From the NCBI GenBank assembly GCA_900539115.1, contig UQAQ01000001.1:21368-85367 (forward strand): DNA of 64,000 nucleotides. Direction: 5' to 3'. The stretch is from an uncultured Roseburia sp. GTDB taxonomy: Bacteria > Bacillota > Clostridia > Lachnospirales > Lachnospiraceae. The position numbers were made by a program, and so were the translations under genes. Of this stretch, positions 50,532-58,952 are shown one piece after another. Numbering within the stretch: position 1 is the first letter of the stretch; each line of letters opens with the position of its first letter. Under the pieces are notes generated by a model. It was given only the letters and a program-made list of their open reading frames with translations. It was not told where the DNA came from and did no database searches.

Positions 50532-52589
50532 ATGAGTGGCTTACTTTCAAATAAAAATAAGCGGTTTTTAAAGAAGCGATTGAAATTCTGGTTGCAGTGT
50601 CTGACCCATCCGATCTTAAATGAGCATTTGATTGTCTTTGAGGCATTCAGCGGCAAACGATGCGGGGGAAATCTTCGTGCCATCTATGAAGAACTGATGG
50701 AAGATGAGAGATACCGCGATTTCCGCTTTGTATGGATTGTCAATGATATAGAGGCTCATGCGGATCTTAAGGTGCGCCGTCATACACGTGTCGTAAAAAA
50801 GGATTCCCGCTCGGCATTTATCCTTTATGCGAAAGCAAAATACTGGTTTAACAATGTAGCACTGCCAAACTATTTGATTCCGCGTCCGCATCAGGTATAT
50901 GTTGAAACGTGGCACGGAACGCCGTTAAAGCGTCTCGGAAATGATATTCAGTTTGAGGTGGATCCGAGACAGTCTTTGGCAGAAATGCACAAAAAATATT
51001 ATATCAAGGGACGCAAGATGGATTATCTCATCTCGCCATCCCGTTTTTACAGCGAAAAGATGATTTCTTCGTTCCGTCTCGATAAGAGTCATAAAGAAGA
51101 TATCATTTTGGAAACCGGTTATCCGCGAAACGATGCGCTCTTTAAATTTACCGACGAAGATGTCAAACGCATCAAGGAAGAGGTCGGAGTGCCGGAAGAC
51201 AAGAAAGTGATCCTGTACACACCGACTTGGCGCGACAACCAGTTTAAAAAGGGTGAAGGATTCCAATATAATACAGAACTTGATTTCAATAAACTGATGC
51301 AGCAGCTTGGCGACGAATATGTCCTTTTGTTCCGCGCTCACCATCAGATCGGATTCAAAGATGTGGCCAATGATGTGCCGGGTGTGATCGATGTAACGCT
51401 GGTGGATGATGTCAATGATCTGTATATTATCAGTGACCTTATGATCACGGACTATTCTTCGACGATGTTTGATTATGGCGATCTGAAGCGTCCGATGGTA
51501 TTTTATATGTATGATCTCGACGAATATCAGGGCGAGATCCGCGATTTTTATTTTGATATCAACGAATTGCCGGGTCCGATCGTAAAGACACAGGATGACC
51601 TTGTGAAGGCAATTATAGACCAGTTTGCCAACTTCACATACGACGAGAAATACAAAGCATTTACGGAGAAGTTTAATTATCTTGATGATGCCCATGCGGC
51701 ACGCCGTGTTATTGAAAAGACGATTAAGACAGATCTTGGTCCGGCATTCCGCTTTTATAAATGGGTCATCCATACAAAGAATGTCATCCGCAAGAGTTTC
51801 CGTGACGGTTATATCGCATTTTCCGGTATGCTCCGCTGCATGGGACTTTGCCGGACGGAAAACAGCAAACTTTTGTATTCCTATAAAAACAAGCATAAGG
51901 GGCAGCGTTGTTTCCTTGTTGGAAATGGTCCGAGCATGCGTCTTTCGGATCTCGAAGGACTCCAGAAAAACGGCGAGATCACGTTTGGCTGCAATCTTGT
52001 GACGAAGGCATTTGAGCAGACGACCTGGCGTCCGGATTATTATTTCCTGATCGACCGCATCTGTGCGAAATTCCAGAGCGAGGAGATCAACGAGGCAATT
52101 GGAGATATTCCATTATTTACCAATATCACGACATATAATATCTTCCGCGAGAAACCGAAAAATCCGGTTATTTTGTACAATATCGCAAAAGATAAGTACA
52201 AAGTAAAACGTTCTCCGCTGGCATATTATATCCCGTCCGGTTCGACGGTGATGTCATTGATGATTGAGATGGCGGTTTATATGGGATTTTCCGAGATTTA
52301 TCTGATCGGCTGCGACTGTACCTCGACGTTTACCGGAAATACGCATTTTATCAACGGTTATACGGATGACAAATTGAAGCAGCGTGATGCGAAGAAGATT
52401 GTGGATCGCATGCGCCGCCTTGGCATCCAGAGCGATGATTATGAGAAATATTTTCTGGATGGTTCGCTGAATGCGTACACGCTTTTAAAAGAGCATGCCA
52501 TCAAACACCATGTGAAGATTTTCAACGCCACCCGCGGAGGGGCCTTGGAAGTGTTTGACCGCGTGAATCTGGATGATTTTGTAAAATAA
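50532..52589 (+). CDS. TagF/TarL-like polyol-phosphate transferase fused to a C-terminal DUF115 / MptE-like (Maf-type) domain
   Basis: The N-terminal ~430 aa carry TagF hallmarks (YVETWHGTPLKRLG, PTWRD). The C-terminal ~250 aa contain FLVGNGPSMRLSDLEGL, which is the GNGPSL signature of the DUF115 / 6-hydroxymethylpterin diphosphokinase MptE-like fold. Confidence 0.65.
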   Translation: MSGLLSNKNKRFLKKRLKFWLQCLTHPILNEHLIVFEAFSGKRCGGNLRAIYEELMEDERYRDFRFVWIVNDIEAHADLKVRRHTRVVKKDSRSAFILYAKAKYWFNNVALPNYLIPRPHQVYVETWHGTPLKRLGNDIQFEVDPRQSLAEMHKKYYIKGRKMDYLISPSRFYSEKMISSFRLDKSHKEDIILETGYPRNDALFKFTDEDVKRIKEEVGVPEDKKVILYTPTWRDNQFKKGEGFQYNTELDFNKLMQQLGDEYVLLFRAHHQIGFKDVANDVPGVIDVTLVDDVNDLYIISDLMITDYSSTMFDYGDLKRPMVFYMYDLDEYQGEIRDFYFDINELPGPIVKTQDDLVKAIIDQFANFTYDEKYKAFTEKFNYLDDAHAARRVIEKTIKTDLGPAFRFYKWVIHTKNVIRKSFRDGYIAFSGMLRCMGLCRTENSKLLYSYKNKHKGQRCFLVGNGPSMRLSDLEGLQKNGEITFGCNLVTKAFEQTTWRPDYYFLIDRICAKFQSEEINEAIGDIPLFTNITTYNIFREKPKNPVILYNIAKDKYKVKRSPLAYYIPSGSTVMSLMIEMAVYMGFSEIYLIGCDCTSTFTGNTHFINGYTDDKLKQRDAKKIVDRMRRLGIQSDDYEKYFLDGSLNAYTLLKEHAIKHHVKIFNATRGGALEVFDRVNLDDFVK

Positions 52590-52600
52590 TAGCAGGAATG

Positions 52601-52636
52601 GGGCGCTGCGTGCAGCGCCCTGTAATGGTTTTGGAA
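52601..52636 (+). terminator. Rho-independent terminator closing the glycopolymer locus
   Basis: gggcgctgc / gcagcgccc is a perfect GC-rich 9-bp stem, followed by tgtaatggtttt. Confidence 0.6.
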
Positions 52637-52690
52637 AGCTGTGAGCTTGCGTGGCATGCGAGGTTCCGGGGCCCTGATGGCTTGAGGCGA

Positions 52691-52750
52691 GGTATTACGG
52701 GGAGTATTGCAGTGAGTGTTGCAGGGAGTATTGCGGGAAGTATTGCGGGG
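52691..52750. repeat. Five tandem copies of a GC-rich 12-nt unit (aGTATTGCgGGg)
   Basis: The five units are ggtattacgggg, agtattgcagtg, agtgttgcaggg, agtattgcggga and agtattgcgggg. They are contiguous and sit in an otherwise AT-rich non-coding region. Confidence 0.7.
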
Positions 52751-52802
52751 TCAGGGGCGAAATCATTTATTGGAGCGAAAATTGACTTGAAAAATGGAAA
52801 AT

Positions 52803-53035
52803 TCGTTTTAGGTCAAGGAAAAAAGAACTTGTTTTTGGTCTAGAAAGAGTTTTTTAAAGGTGGACCATAAAGCAACTTGTAAGAGTTTGGTCTAGCAAAG
52901 GATACTGGCTTTTCAGGTCAAATACAAGATGCAAAACGTATGACTCAAAGCAGGAAAGAGTCATGTGGGTCAAAAGAGTAGTATAAATTTGTTGGTCTAA
53001 TCACTTGAAAAATTAAATTAGGTCAAAAAGAAAGG
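52803..53035 (+). repeat. Iteron-like array: nine direct repeats of T-rich–GGTC(A/T)A–A-rich with ~26-bp periodicity
   Basis: GGTCAA or GGTCTA occurs at 52811, 52837, 52889, 52916, 52968, 52994 and 53021. Degenerate copies (GGACCA, GACTCA) lie at 52862 and 52942. The spacings are 26, 25, 27, 27, 26, 26, 26 and 27 bp, all in the same orientation. The array ends 13 nt before the Lar-like start. Confidence 0.65.
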
Positions 53036-53044
53036 AATAAGAAT

Positions 53045-53269
53045 ATGAATATCGAAGAAATGTTAGAGATCAGTGACTGTCCGCTGTGTGAGGGCGGCGC
53101 ATTGTTGGAAGAAGAATGTGGCTGTGGTTATTATGTGATGTGTCTGGAGTGCGGATGTCATTCGGTGACGATTGATTTCCACTCCGAGGATGAGCGGCTG
53201 GAGGCAGCGAAAAGAGCAGTGACACTCTGGAATACCGGCAAGGTGATTTCCAGCAGTCCGGGAGAATGA
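53045..53269 (+). CDS. Lar-family (restriction-alleviation-like) zinc-ribbon protein
   Basis: A 74-aa protein with four Cys pairs (CPLCEGG..CGCG..CLECGC) and the C-terminal A-x-x-x-WNT motif (AVTLWNTGK) typical of Lar/PF14354. Confidence 0.45.
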   Translation: MNIEEMLEISDCPLCEGGALLEEECGCGYYVMCLECGCHSVTIDFHSEDERLEAAKRAVTLWNTGKVISSSPGE

Positions 53270-53270
53270 T

Positions 53271-54059
53271 ATGGCAAGGGTAGATGGTCATATTCATATT
53301 GAGCGGGGAGATTACTCGCTAGAATGGATCCAACAATTTGTAGACAAGGCAGTAGAGACGCAGATGGATGAAATCCGCTTGCTCGAACACTGCTACATAT
53401 TTGAAGAATTTAGACCAATGTATCATTCTGTATGTGCACACAGTAAGTTTGTGGATGAGTGGTTTCAAAGAAAAGCCGGTAAGCATAAGCTGCCAGAGTA
53501 TTTTAAACTGATTGAAAAAGTAAGAAATCAAAAATATCCTGTTACGATAAAGTTTGGACTTGAAATATGTTACTTTAAAGAGCAGGAGGCATTTATTGAA
53601 AAAATCACGAAAAACAAAGGCTTTGATTTCTTGTTAGGGAGCGTTCATTTTGTGGATGATTTCGCCTTTGATCATAAGCCGGAACACTGGATTGGAATCG
53701 ATGTCGATGCGATATACCGCACCTACTTTGAAGATTCCATATTGCTGGCAAAAAGCAAATTGTTTGATGGAATTGGTCATCCGGATGCCATAAAATTGTT
53801 TGGTCACCGGCCTTCTTTTTCCCTTTCCGGTTATTATGAAAGATTAGCAAAGGAACTTTCAAATAGTAATATGTATGCAGATCAAAACAGCGGGGCAGCC
53901 AGAAGATGTCCCGGAACTTCTTCTTTGGGAATGGAGCGCGAATTACTTCGGGCAATGAAGAAAAATTATGTGAAAATTATTACTTCATCGGATGCTCATT
54001 GTCCGGAAGACGTGGGCGACAAAATTCGGGACTTGGAAAATTGTGTTGTAAATGCTTAG
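53271..54059 (+). CDS. PHP-family phosphoesterase (HisJ/HisK histidinol-phosphatase-like)
   Basis: It has the DGHIHIERG N-terminal metal-binding motif, and GSVHF and HPD motifs. It is 262 aa long. Its start lies 1 nt after the Lar-like stop. Confidence 0.6.
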   Translation: MARVDGHIHIERGDYSLEWIQQFVDKAVETQMDEIRLLEHCYIFEEFRPMYHSVCAHSKFVDEWFQRKAGKHKLPEYFKLIEKVRNQKYPVTIKFGLEICYFKEQEAFIEKITKNKGFDFLLGSVHFVDDFAFDHKPEHWIGIDVDAIYRTYFEDSILLAKSKLFDGIGHPDAIKLFGHRPSFSLSGYYERLAKELSNSNMYADQNSGAARRCPGTSSLGMERELLRAMKKNYVKIITSSDAHCPEDVGDKIRDLENCVVNA

Positions 54060-54091
54060 AAATGGAATTGGTTATGGAGGAGAGGAAATAT

Positions 54092-54514
54092 ATGGTGAGT
54101 AAAAATATGGAAAAAGATATTTGGAAAATTATGTATGACAAGGCAAGAGAAGTTCAAAATGAGAGAGAGATTTCTCCGTTCATTGAAGCAGGAGGTGTTG
54201 CGGCAGCGATATTAACAAAAAGTGGAAATATATATGTTGGTGTATGTATAGATACCGCGAGCACGTTAGGAATGTGTGCAGAAAGAAATGCGATTGCAAA
54301 TATGATTACAAATGGAGAAAGTAAAATAGATAAAATGGTTGCGGTGGTTGAAGACGGCAGTGTGGGAGCACCATGTGGAGCATGCCGGGAATATATGATG
54401 CAGCTGGATAAAGAAAGTGGTGATATTGAGATTTTAATGGATTATGAAACAAGAAAAACGGTGAGATTAATTGAATTAATACCGGAGTGGTGGGGGCACA
54501 GCAGATTCAAATAA
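54092..54514 (+). CDS. Cytidine/deoxycytidylate deaminase-fold protein (blasticidin-S-deaminase-like)
   Basis: It has the zinc ligand motifs CAERNA and PCGACRE. The start was moved to the ATG at 54092, behind GGAGGAGAGG; the track ORF starts at 53906 inside the PHP gene. Confidence 0.6.
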   Translation: MVSKNMEKDIWKIMYDKAREVQNEREISPFIEAGGVAAAILTKSGNIYVGVCIDTASTLGMCAERNAIANMITNGESKIDKMVAVVEDGSVGAPCGACREYMMQLDKESGDIEILMDYETRKTVRLIELIPEWWGHSRFK

Positions 54515-54545
54515 TCTTCCGGTCTGAGAAGAAAAGGAGTAAAAT

Positions 54546-54878
54546 ATGGAATATTGTGGAATTATAGCATTGGTTTTGCTGCTTTGCTATTCAGCATATC
54601 CGGGAAAGGTAAAGCGGCTGGAAGCAAAAGTAAAACGATTGGAGAAAAAGCAGAAAGGAGATAATTATATGTCGCAGTTGATTGATGATCTTGTAGGTGA
54701 ACAATGTACCATTAAGTCGGAAGCTATTCTGAATTTCGCAGGAAAAACAGAATTATCCTGCACGATTTTGGATGCAGATGATGAATGGATGAAGATCTGT
54801 TATACGGATAAAAAGAATAAGCAGGTAACGAAACTTTTACGAATTGAAGCGATTGACGAAATAGAAATCGAAGAGTGA
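54546..54878 (+). CDS. Small hypothetical protein (N-terminal TM + KVKRLEAKVKRLEKK basic repeat + acidic C-terminus)
   Basis: The ORF is only 110 aa; an alternative start gives a 70-aa product. No family was recognised. Confidence 0.3.
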   Translation: MEYCGIIALVLLLCYSAYPGKVKRLEAKVKRLEKKQKGDNYMSQLIDDLVGEQCTIKSEAILNFAGKTELSCTILDADDEWMKICYTDKKNKQVTKLLRIEAIDEIEIEE

Positions 54879-55027
54879 GTTCTATTTTTCGGGAACAGTA
54901 CTTCGACTCGGAAATCAGAATGTGATATTTGACTTGGGTAATATTTTGGCACATTGTCATATGGGCATATATAGTTTGATTGAATTGAAAAAAGAAGTGT
55001 AAATCGAAATTTGTGGAGGACCTTATC

Positions 55028-55642
55028 ATGAAAGTCATTTTTGTCAGGCATGGAAAAGATGACAATAAATACCGTGGCGGATGGAGTAAAATAGACTTAA
55101 TCCCAGAAGGGATTGAACAAGCAAAGCAATTGGCCAATCATATGAAAGAAAACAGTCAGGAATATCACATTCAGCGGATTATTGCAAGTGATTTACCAAG
55201 AACCATATCCACTGCTCGTTTTATATCTGCTGAATTAGGCTTACCAATCCAACAAGAGTATCGCCTGAGAGAAATGAATAATGGCGATTTAGCAGGTATG
55301 CTTAATGAGGAAGCTCTTAAGCAGTATCCTGGCCTCTTTTTTAGCTCATTAAAAATGGATGAAGCATACCCAAATGGAGAAAGCCCCAGTGATTTCTTTG
55401 CGCGAATTAGAAGCTGGTTTGATGAATTTGTTGAAAAAAGCAAAAATACGAATGATAATATTTTGATAGTAACTCACGGCGGAGTAATCAATATTATTTA
55501 CCATCTGGTAAACGGAATAGAATGGAACAACCAAAGTCATATTTATAAGGTAGCGAATTGCAGTGTCCATGTTTTAGATATGGACACAATGAAATTTGAA
55601 GTTGAAAACAAAATCGATTTCTTGCTATCCGCAGTAAACTAA
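55028..55642 (+). CDS. Histidine phosphatase superfamily protein (phosphoglycerate-mutase-like)
   Basis: The N-terminus carries the catalytic RHG motif (VIFVRHGK), and TH (VTHGGVI) lies downstream. The start was moved to the ATG at 55028, behind GGAGGA. Confidence 0.7.
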   Translation: MKVIFVRHGKDDNKYRGGWSKIDLIPEGIEQAKQLANHMKENSQEYHIQRIIASDLPRTISTARFISAELGLPIQQEYRLREMNNGDLAGMLNEEALKQYPGLFFSSLKMDEAYPNGESPSDFFARIRSWFDEFVEKSKNTNDNILIVTHGGVINIIYHLVNGIEWNNQSHIYKVANCSVHVLDMDTMKFEVENKIDFLLSAVN

Positions 55643-55693
55643 AAAATTCAAGTTTGGAGAATTGAGAAAATCGGGATTTGATGGTGAGAAGAT

Positions 55694-56782
55694 ATGTCTT
55701 TAAATATGCGAAAGCATTACATTGATAATTTAAGATGGATTATACTTTTGATACTTATACCATATCATGCAGCAATGGCATGGAATTCATGGGGCGAACC
55801 GAATTATATTTACTTTGAAAATAATCGAGTAATAAGTAGTATTATTGTATTTTTTGGTCCCTATTTTATGCCACTGTTATTTGTGTTGTCAGGTGTAAGT
55901 ACGAAATTTGCATTGCGAAAGAGAACAAATAAGGAGTATTTGATTGAGAGAGTAAAAAGGTTACTTATCCCCCTTTTGTTTGGAACAATAGTTTTAATGC
56001 CGATTATGACATATATGGCAGATAAATTTAATTGTTCTTATAATGGTGGTTTGCTAAAACATTATGCTATATTTTTTACAAAATATACGGATTTGATAGG
56101 GGCAGATGGTGGCTTTTCGTTTGGACAGTTTTGGTTTTTGTTATATCTGCTGGTTATTTCGGTTGTAGGTATTTGTGTAATTACACTGTTGAATAAGATA
56201 ATTGTTAAGTCGAAGCAAACGATTCCGTTCTGGATGGTTTTAGTATTGGGTTTACCATTACCACTGCTAAGTGAACTGCTTTCTATAGGTGGGAAAAGCT
56301 TTGTGGAATATACATATCTATTTTTGATTGGTTATTATGTATTTGCAGATGAAGAAGTAGTTGATAAAGCAGAGAAGAATAATTTATTATTGTTTGGTGT
56401 TGGACTAATAGCGACCATTTTGAATGTTTATCTTTTTGTTTGGTCAGATGTGGAATTGACATTTTTAAACATTATTACAAAATATGTTTCAGAGTGGATT
56501 ATGGTAATTGCTTTAATAGGCTTAGCAAAAAGATATTTAAATTTTGGAGGTAAAACTTCAGATTATATGAATAAAAGGTCATTTTTATTTTATATCTATC
56601 ATTTTATCTGGGTTGTTCTGTTTCAGTACATATTATATGGTTTTGTTGGAAATAAAACCGTTGTATTGTTTATTGGCTCGGTGCTAATGTCTTATTTGAT
56701 GACATCTATTTGTTGCGAGATTAGTATCAGAGTACCTGGTTTGTGTTTTCTGACAGGAACAAAATATACTGCAAATAAGTGA
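55694..56782 (+). CDS. Acyltransferase family 3 membrane protein (O-acyltransferase)
   Basis: It has ~10 TM helices. The N-terminal motif YIDNLRWIILLILIPYHAAM is typical of the AT3 family. It is 362 aa long and very AT-rich. Confidence 0.7.
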   Translation: MSLNMRKHYIDNLRWIILLILIPYHAAMAWNSWGEPNYIYFENNRVISSIIVFFGPYFMPLLFVLSGVSTKFALRKRTNKEYLIERVKRLLIPLLFGTIVLMPIMTYMADKFNCSYNGGLLKHYAIFFTKYTDLIGADGGFSFGQFWFLLYLLVISVVGICVITLLNKIIVKSKQTIPFWMVLVLGLPLPLLSELLSIGGKSFVEYTYLFLIGYYVFADEEVVDKAEKNNLLLFGVGLIATILNVYLFVWSDVELTFLNIITKYVSEWIMVIALIGLAKRYLNFGGKTSDYMNKRSFLFYIYHFIWVVLFQYILYGFVGNKTVVLFIGSVLMSYLMTSICCEISIRVPGLCFLTGTKYTANK

Positions 56783-56898
56783 TTGAACAGACCGTGAAAT
56801 TCCAGTTTGTATGACTCGCAAACAATTTAATAATCATTATACACAGCACTTTAGCCAAAGGTTAAGGTGCTATTTTTTACCACAAAAGGAGGATTTGA

Positions 56899-57237
56899 AT
56901 GTCATATAAATTAAAACTTGTCTGCACGATTACATCCGCAGGAAAAACATCCTATACCAGTAAAAAATTGCGGAAAAATGATTGGTATAAGTATGAGGTT
57001 CAGGCATATCGTATCGTGGATGGGAAAAAAGTCGTTTTTGGACGTTCTTTACAGCTTCATGCGGCGACGAAGGGCAGCAAAAAATATGCAAATCCAGTGG
57101 CTGTACGCATTGCAGGAAGCAAAAAACGCACATTGAAAGTGGGAAAAATCATAACCAAGAAGCCCGGACAAGCTACCGTTTATGTGGTTACGCAAAATGG
57201 TGTGATGGCTAAAATAAAGGTGAAGGTGAGGAAATAG
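56899..57237 (+). pseudogene. Isolated bacterial Ig-like (Big_2) domain fragment; probable gene remnant
   Basis: The 112-aa ORF ends in a Big_2-like segment (KRTLKVGKIITKKPGQATVYVVTQNGVMAKIKVKV). It has no signal peptide or partner domains, and there are ~120 nt of non-coding sequence on each side. Confidence 0.3.
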
Positions 57238-57377
57238 ATAATAATTTTTTAGAAAATATAGTGACTAGGTGCAGGTTTTCTGCACCTTTTTGTTTTTTAA
57301 ACCGACCAAATGTGATACTATTTTATCTAATAGTTGTAGTACTTAATTTCAAGGCTTTGGAAGAAAGGAATAACCCC

Positions 57378-57908
57378 ATGGATACGAAACTTGTGATACA
57401 AGCGAAAAAGCATGACAAAGAGGCCTTTGTGAAACTGATTGAGGATAATCAAGCAAGTATGTATAAAGCCGCCATTGCCATTTTGCAAAATGACGAGGAT
57501 GCTGCGGACGCGATACAGGAAACGATTCTTATCTGCTGGGAAAAGATTGGTTCTCTGCGACACGCCGGATATTTTAAAACGTGGCTGATGCGCATTTTAA
57601 TTCATCAATGTTATGCGATTTATAATCAAAAGAAAAAAATGATTACAGCGGAAAAATTTCCGGATATCGAGGATCAATCTGAAGGATACGGAGAGATCGA
57701 GTGGCAGGAAATGTTACGTTATTTGAATAAAAAGCAGCGGATTGTTGTGGAACTTTATTATGGGCAGCAGTTTAAGGTGCGGGAAATTGCGGAGGCACTG
57801 CAGATTGGCCAAAGTGCAGTAAAAAGCAGGCTGCAGTCGGCAAGGAAAGCACTGGAAAAATATTATGATATCGGGAAAGAAACGTCGGCAGGTGTGGACG
57901 ATTTATAA
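57378..57908 (+). CDS. ECF-type RNA polymerase sigma factor (sigma-70 regions 2 and 4)
   Basis: A 176-aa protein with region 2 (FVKLIEDNQASMYKAAIAIL) and the region 4 HTH (VREIAEALQIGQSAVKSRLQSARKAL). The start was moved to the ATG at 57378, behind GAAAGGA. Confidence 0.8.
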   Translation: MDTKLVIQAKKHDKEAFVKLIEDNQASMYKAAIAILQNDEDAADAIQETILICWEKIGSLRHAGYFKTWLMRILIHQCYAIYNQKKKMITAEKFPDIEDQSEGYGEIEWQEMLRYLNKKQRIVVELYYGQQFKVREIAEALQIGQSAVKSRLQSARKALEKYYDIGKETSAGVDDL

Positions 57909-57924
57909 AATGGAGGGATTCATT

Positions 57925-58941
57925 ATGGATGCATATAAAAAATGGTTTGATGGGATTCAGAGAGACGATGAAGTGCCGGAAGTGGTAAAAAACGTTGTCG
58001 GGGAGACCTTGCAGTATCTGCCGGAAGTGCCACAAAAAATGCATAAGAAAAATGTTTGGAAAAGAGTGGCTGTTGCGGCAACCGTGCTTGTCATAATAGG
58101 TGGAGGTGTGTTGGCGGTGAATCCGTCCTTGGCGGCAAAACTTCCGGTGATTGGAAGCATCTTTCAGCAGGTAGGGAAAGAGGCGGTTTACTCCGGCGAA
58201 TATACGGATTCAAAGAAGATCATACCGGAAAAAACGGGCAGTTTAAGTGCGGAGAGCCAGGGGATTAAACTGACGGCATCCGAAGTTTACTGCGATGGAT
58301 TTTCGGTATATGTGACGATGCAGATGCAGGGCGCGGATATGGATTTTTCAAAAGAAGGGAAACGGATCTGTGTGAAAGCCCGGTACGGTTTCGACCAGCC
58401 AATGACGCGGGAAGATTCGGATATTCTGATTGATGGAAAATGTGTTGATAAGCATACTTTTATTGGCATGATGAAGTTTGATAAAACGGATGTTATTAAA
58501 AAAGATGGGACATTACAGATCCGGATTTTGACAATTTACAGGCAGGAAGAATCGGTTTCCGGTTTGTGGGATTTTGAAATCCCATACACGGTTTATGAAG
58601 AGGGAAGCCGGGAGATTGCGGTCAATAGAAAATTAAGCAGTTATTTGACGATAAAAAATGTATTTATATCGCCATACCAGATTGTGGTATTTACAAAAGA
58701 GACTGGGGGCGTGCACAGCCAGATTGCGCTGTTTGATCAAAATGGAAAGAAGATTTCTTTTGAAGAAATCGGGGACAAAGAAGGACGATGGGAGCGGAAA
58801 TTGTATGCAAGGAATGGACGCGTGATAACGAAACTGTATGGTTATGTTACGACGGAAGATAGTATTGCCTTGTATAAGGCGAAAACGAGAAAAGAGGCAA
58901 AAAGGTTGTCTACGTATCAGTTTTCCGTGGATGTTTTATAA
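57925..58941 (+). CDS. Putative anti-sigma factor: short cytoplasmic N-terminus, one TM, ~250-aa extracytoplasmic domain
   Basis: It starts 14 nt after the sigma stop, behind GGAGGG. The TM helix is VAVAATVLVIIGGGVLAV. The topology is typical of ECF anti-sigma factors. Confidence 0.5.
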   Translation: MDAYKKWFDGIQRDDEVPEVVKNVVGETLQYLPEVPQKMHKKNVWKRVAVAATVLVIIGGGVLAVNPSLAAKLPVIGSIFQQVGKEAVYSGEYTDSKKIIPEKTGSLSAESQGIKLTASEVYCDGFSVYVTMQMQGADMDFSKEGKRICVKARYGFDQPMTREDSDILIDGKCVDKHTFIGMMKFDKTDVIKKDGTLQIRILTIYRQEESVSGLWDFEIPYTVYEEGSREIAVNRKLSSYLTIKNVFISPYQIVVFTKETGGVHSQIALFDQNGKKISFEEIGDKEGRWERKLYARNGRVITKLYGYVTTEDSIALYKAKTRKEAKRLSTYQFSVDVL

Positions 58942-58952
58942 GGAGGAAAAAG

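Noticed and set aside
52691-52750. Possible CRISPR array
   Set aside because: The repeats are only 12 nt and directly contiguous with no spacers, and there are no cas genes in the window. It is a simple tandem repeat.
52598-52843. 81-aa ORF spanning the 12-nt tandem repeat (translates to SIAVSVAGSIAGSIAGS)
   Set aside because: Its reading frame is an artefact of the GC-rich repeat. It starts inside a terminator hairpin, has no RBS and overlaps the iteron array.
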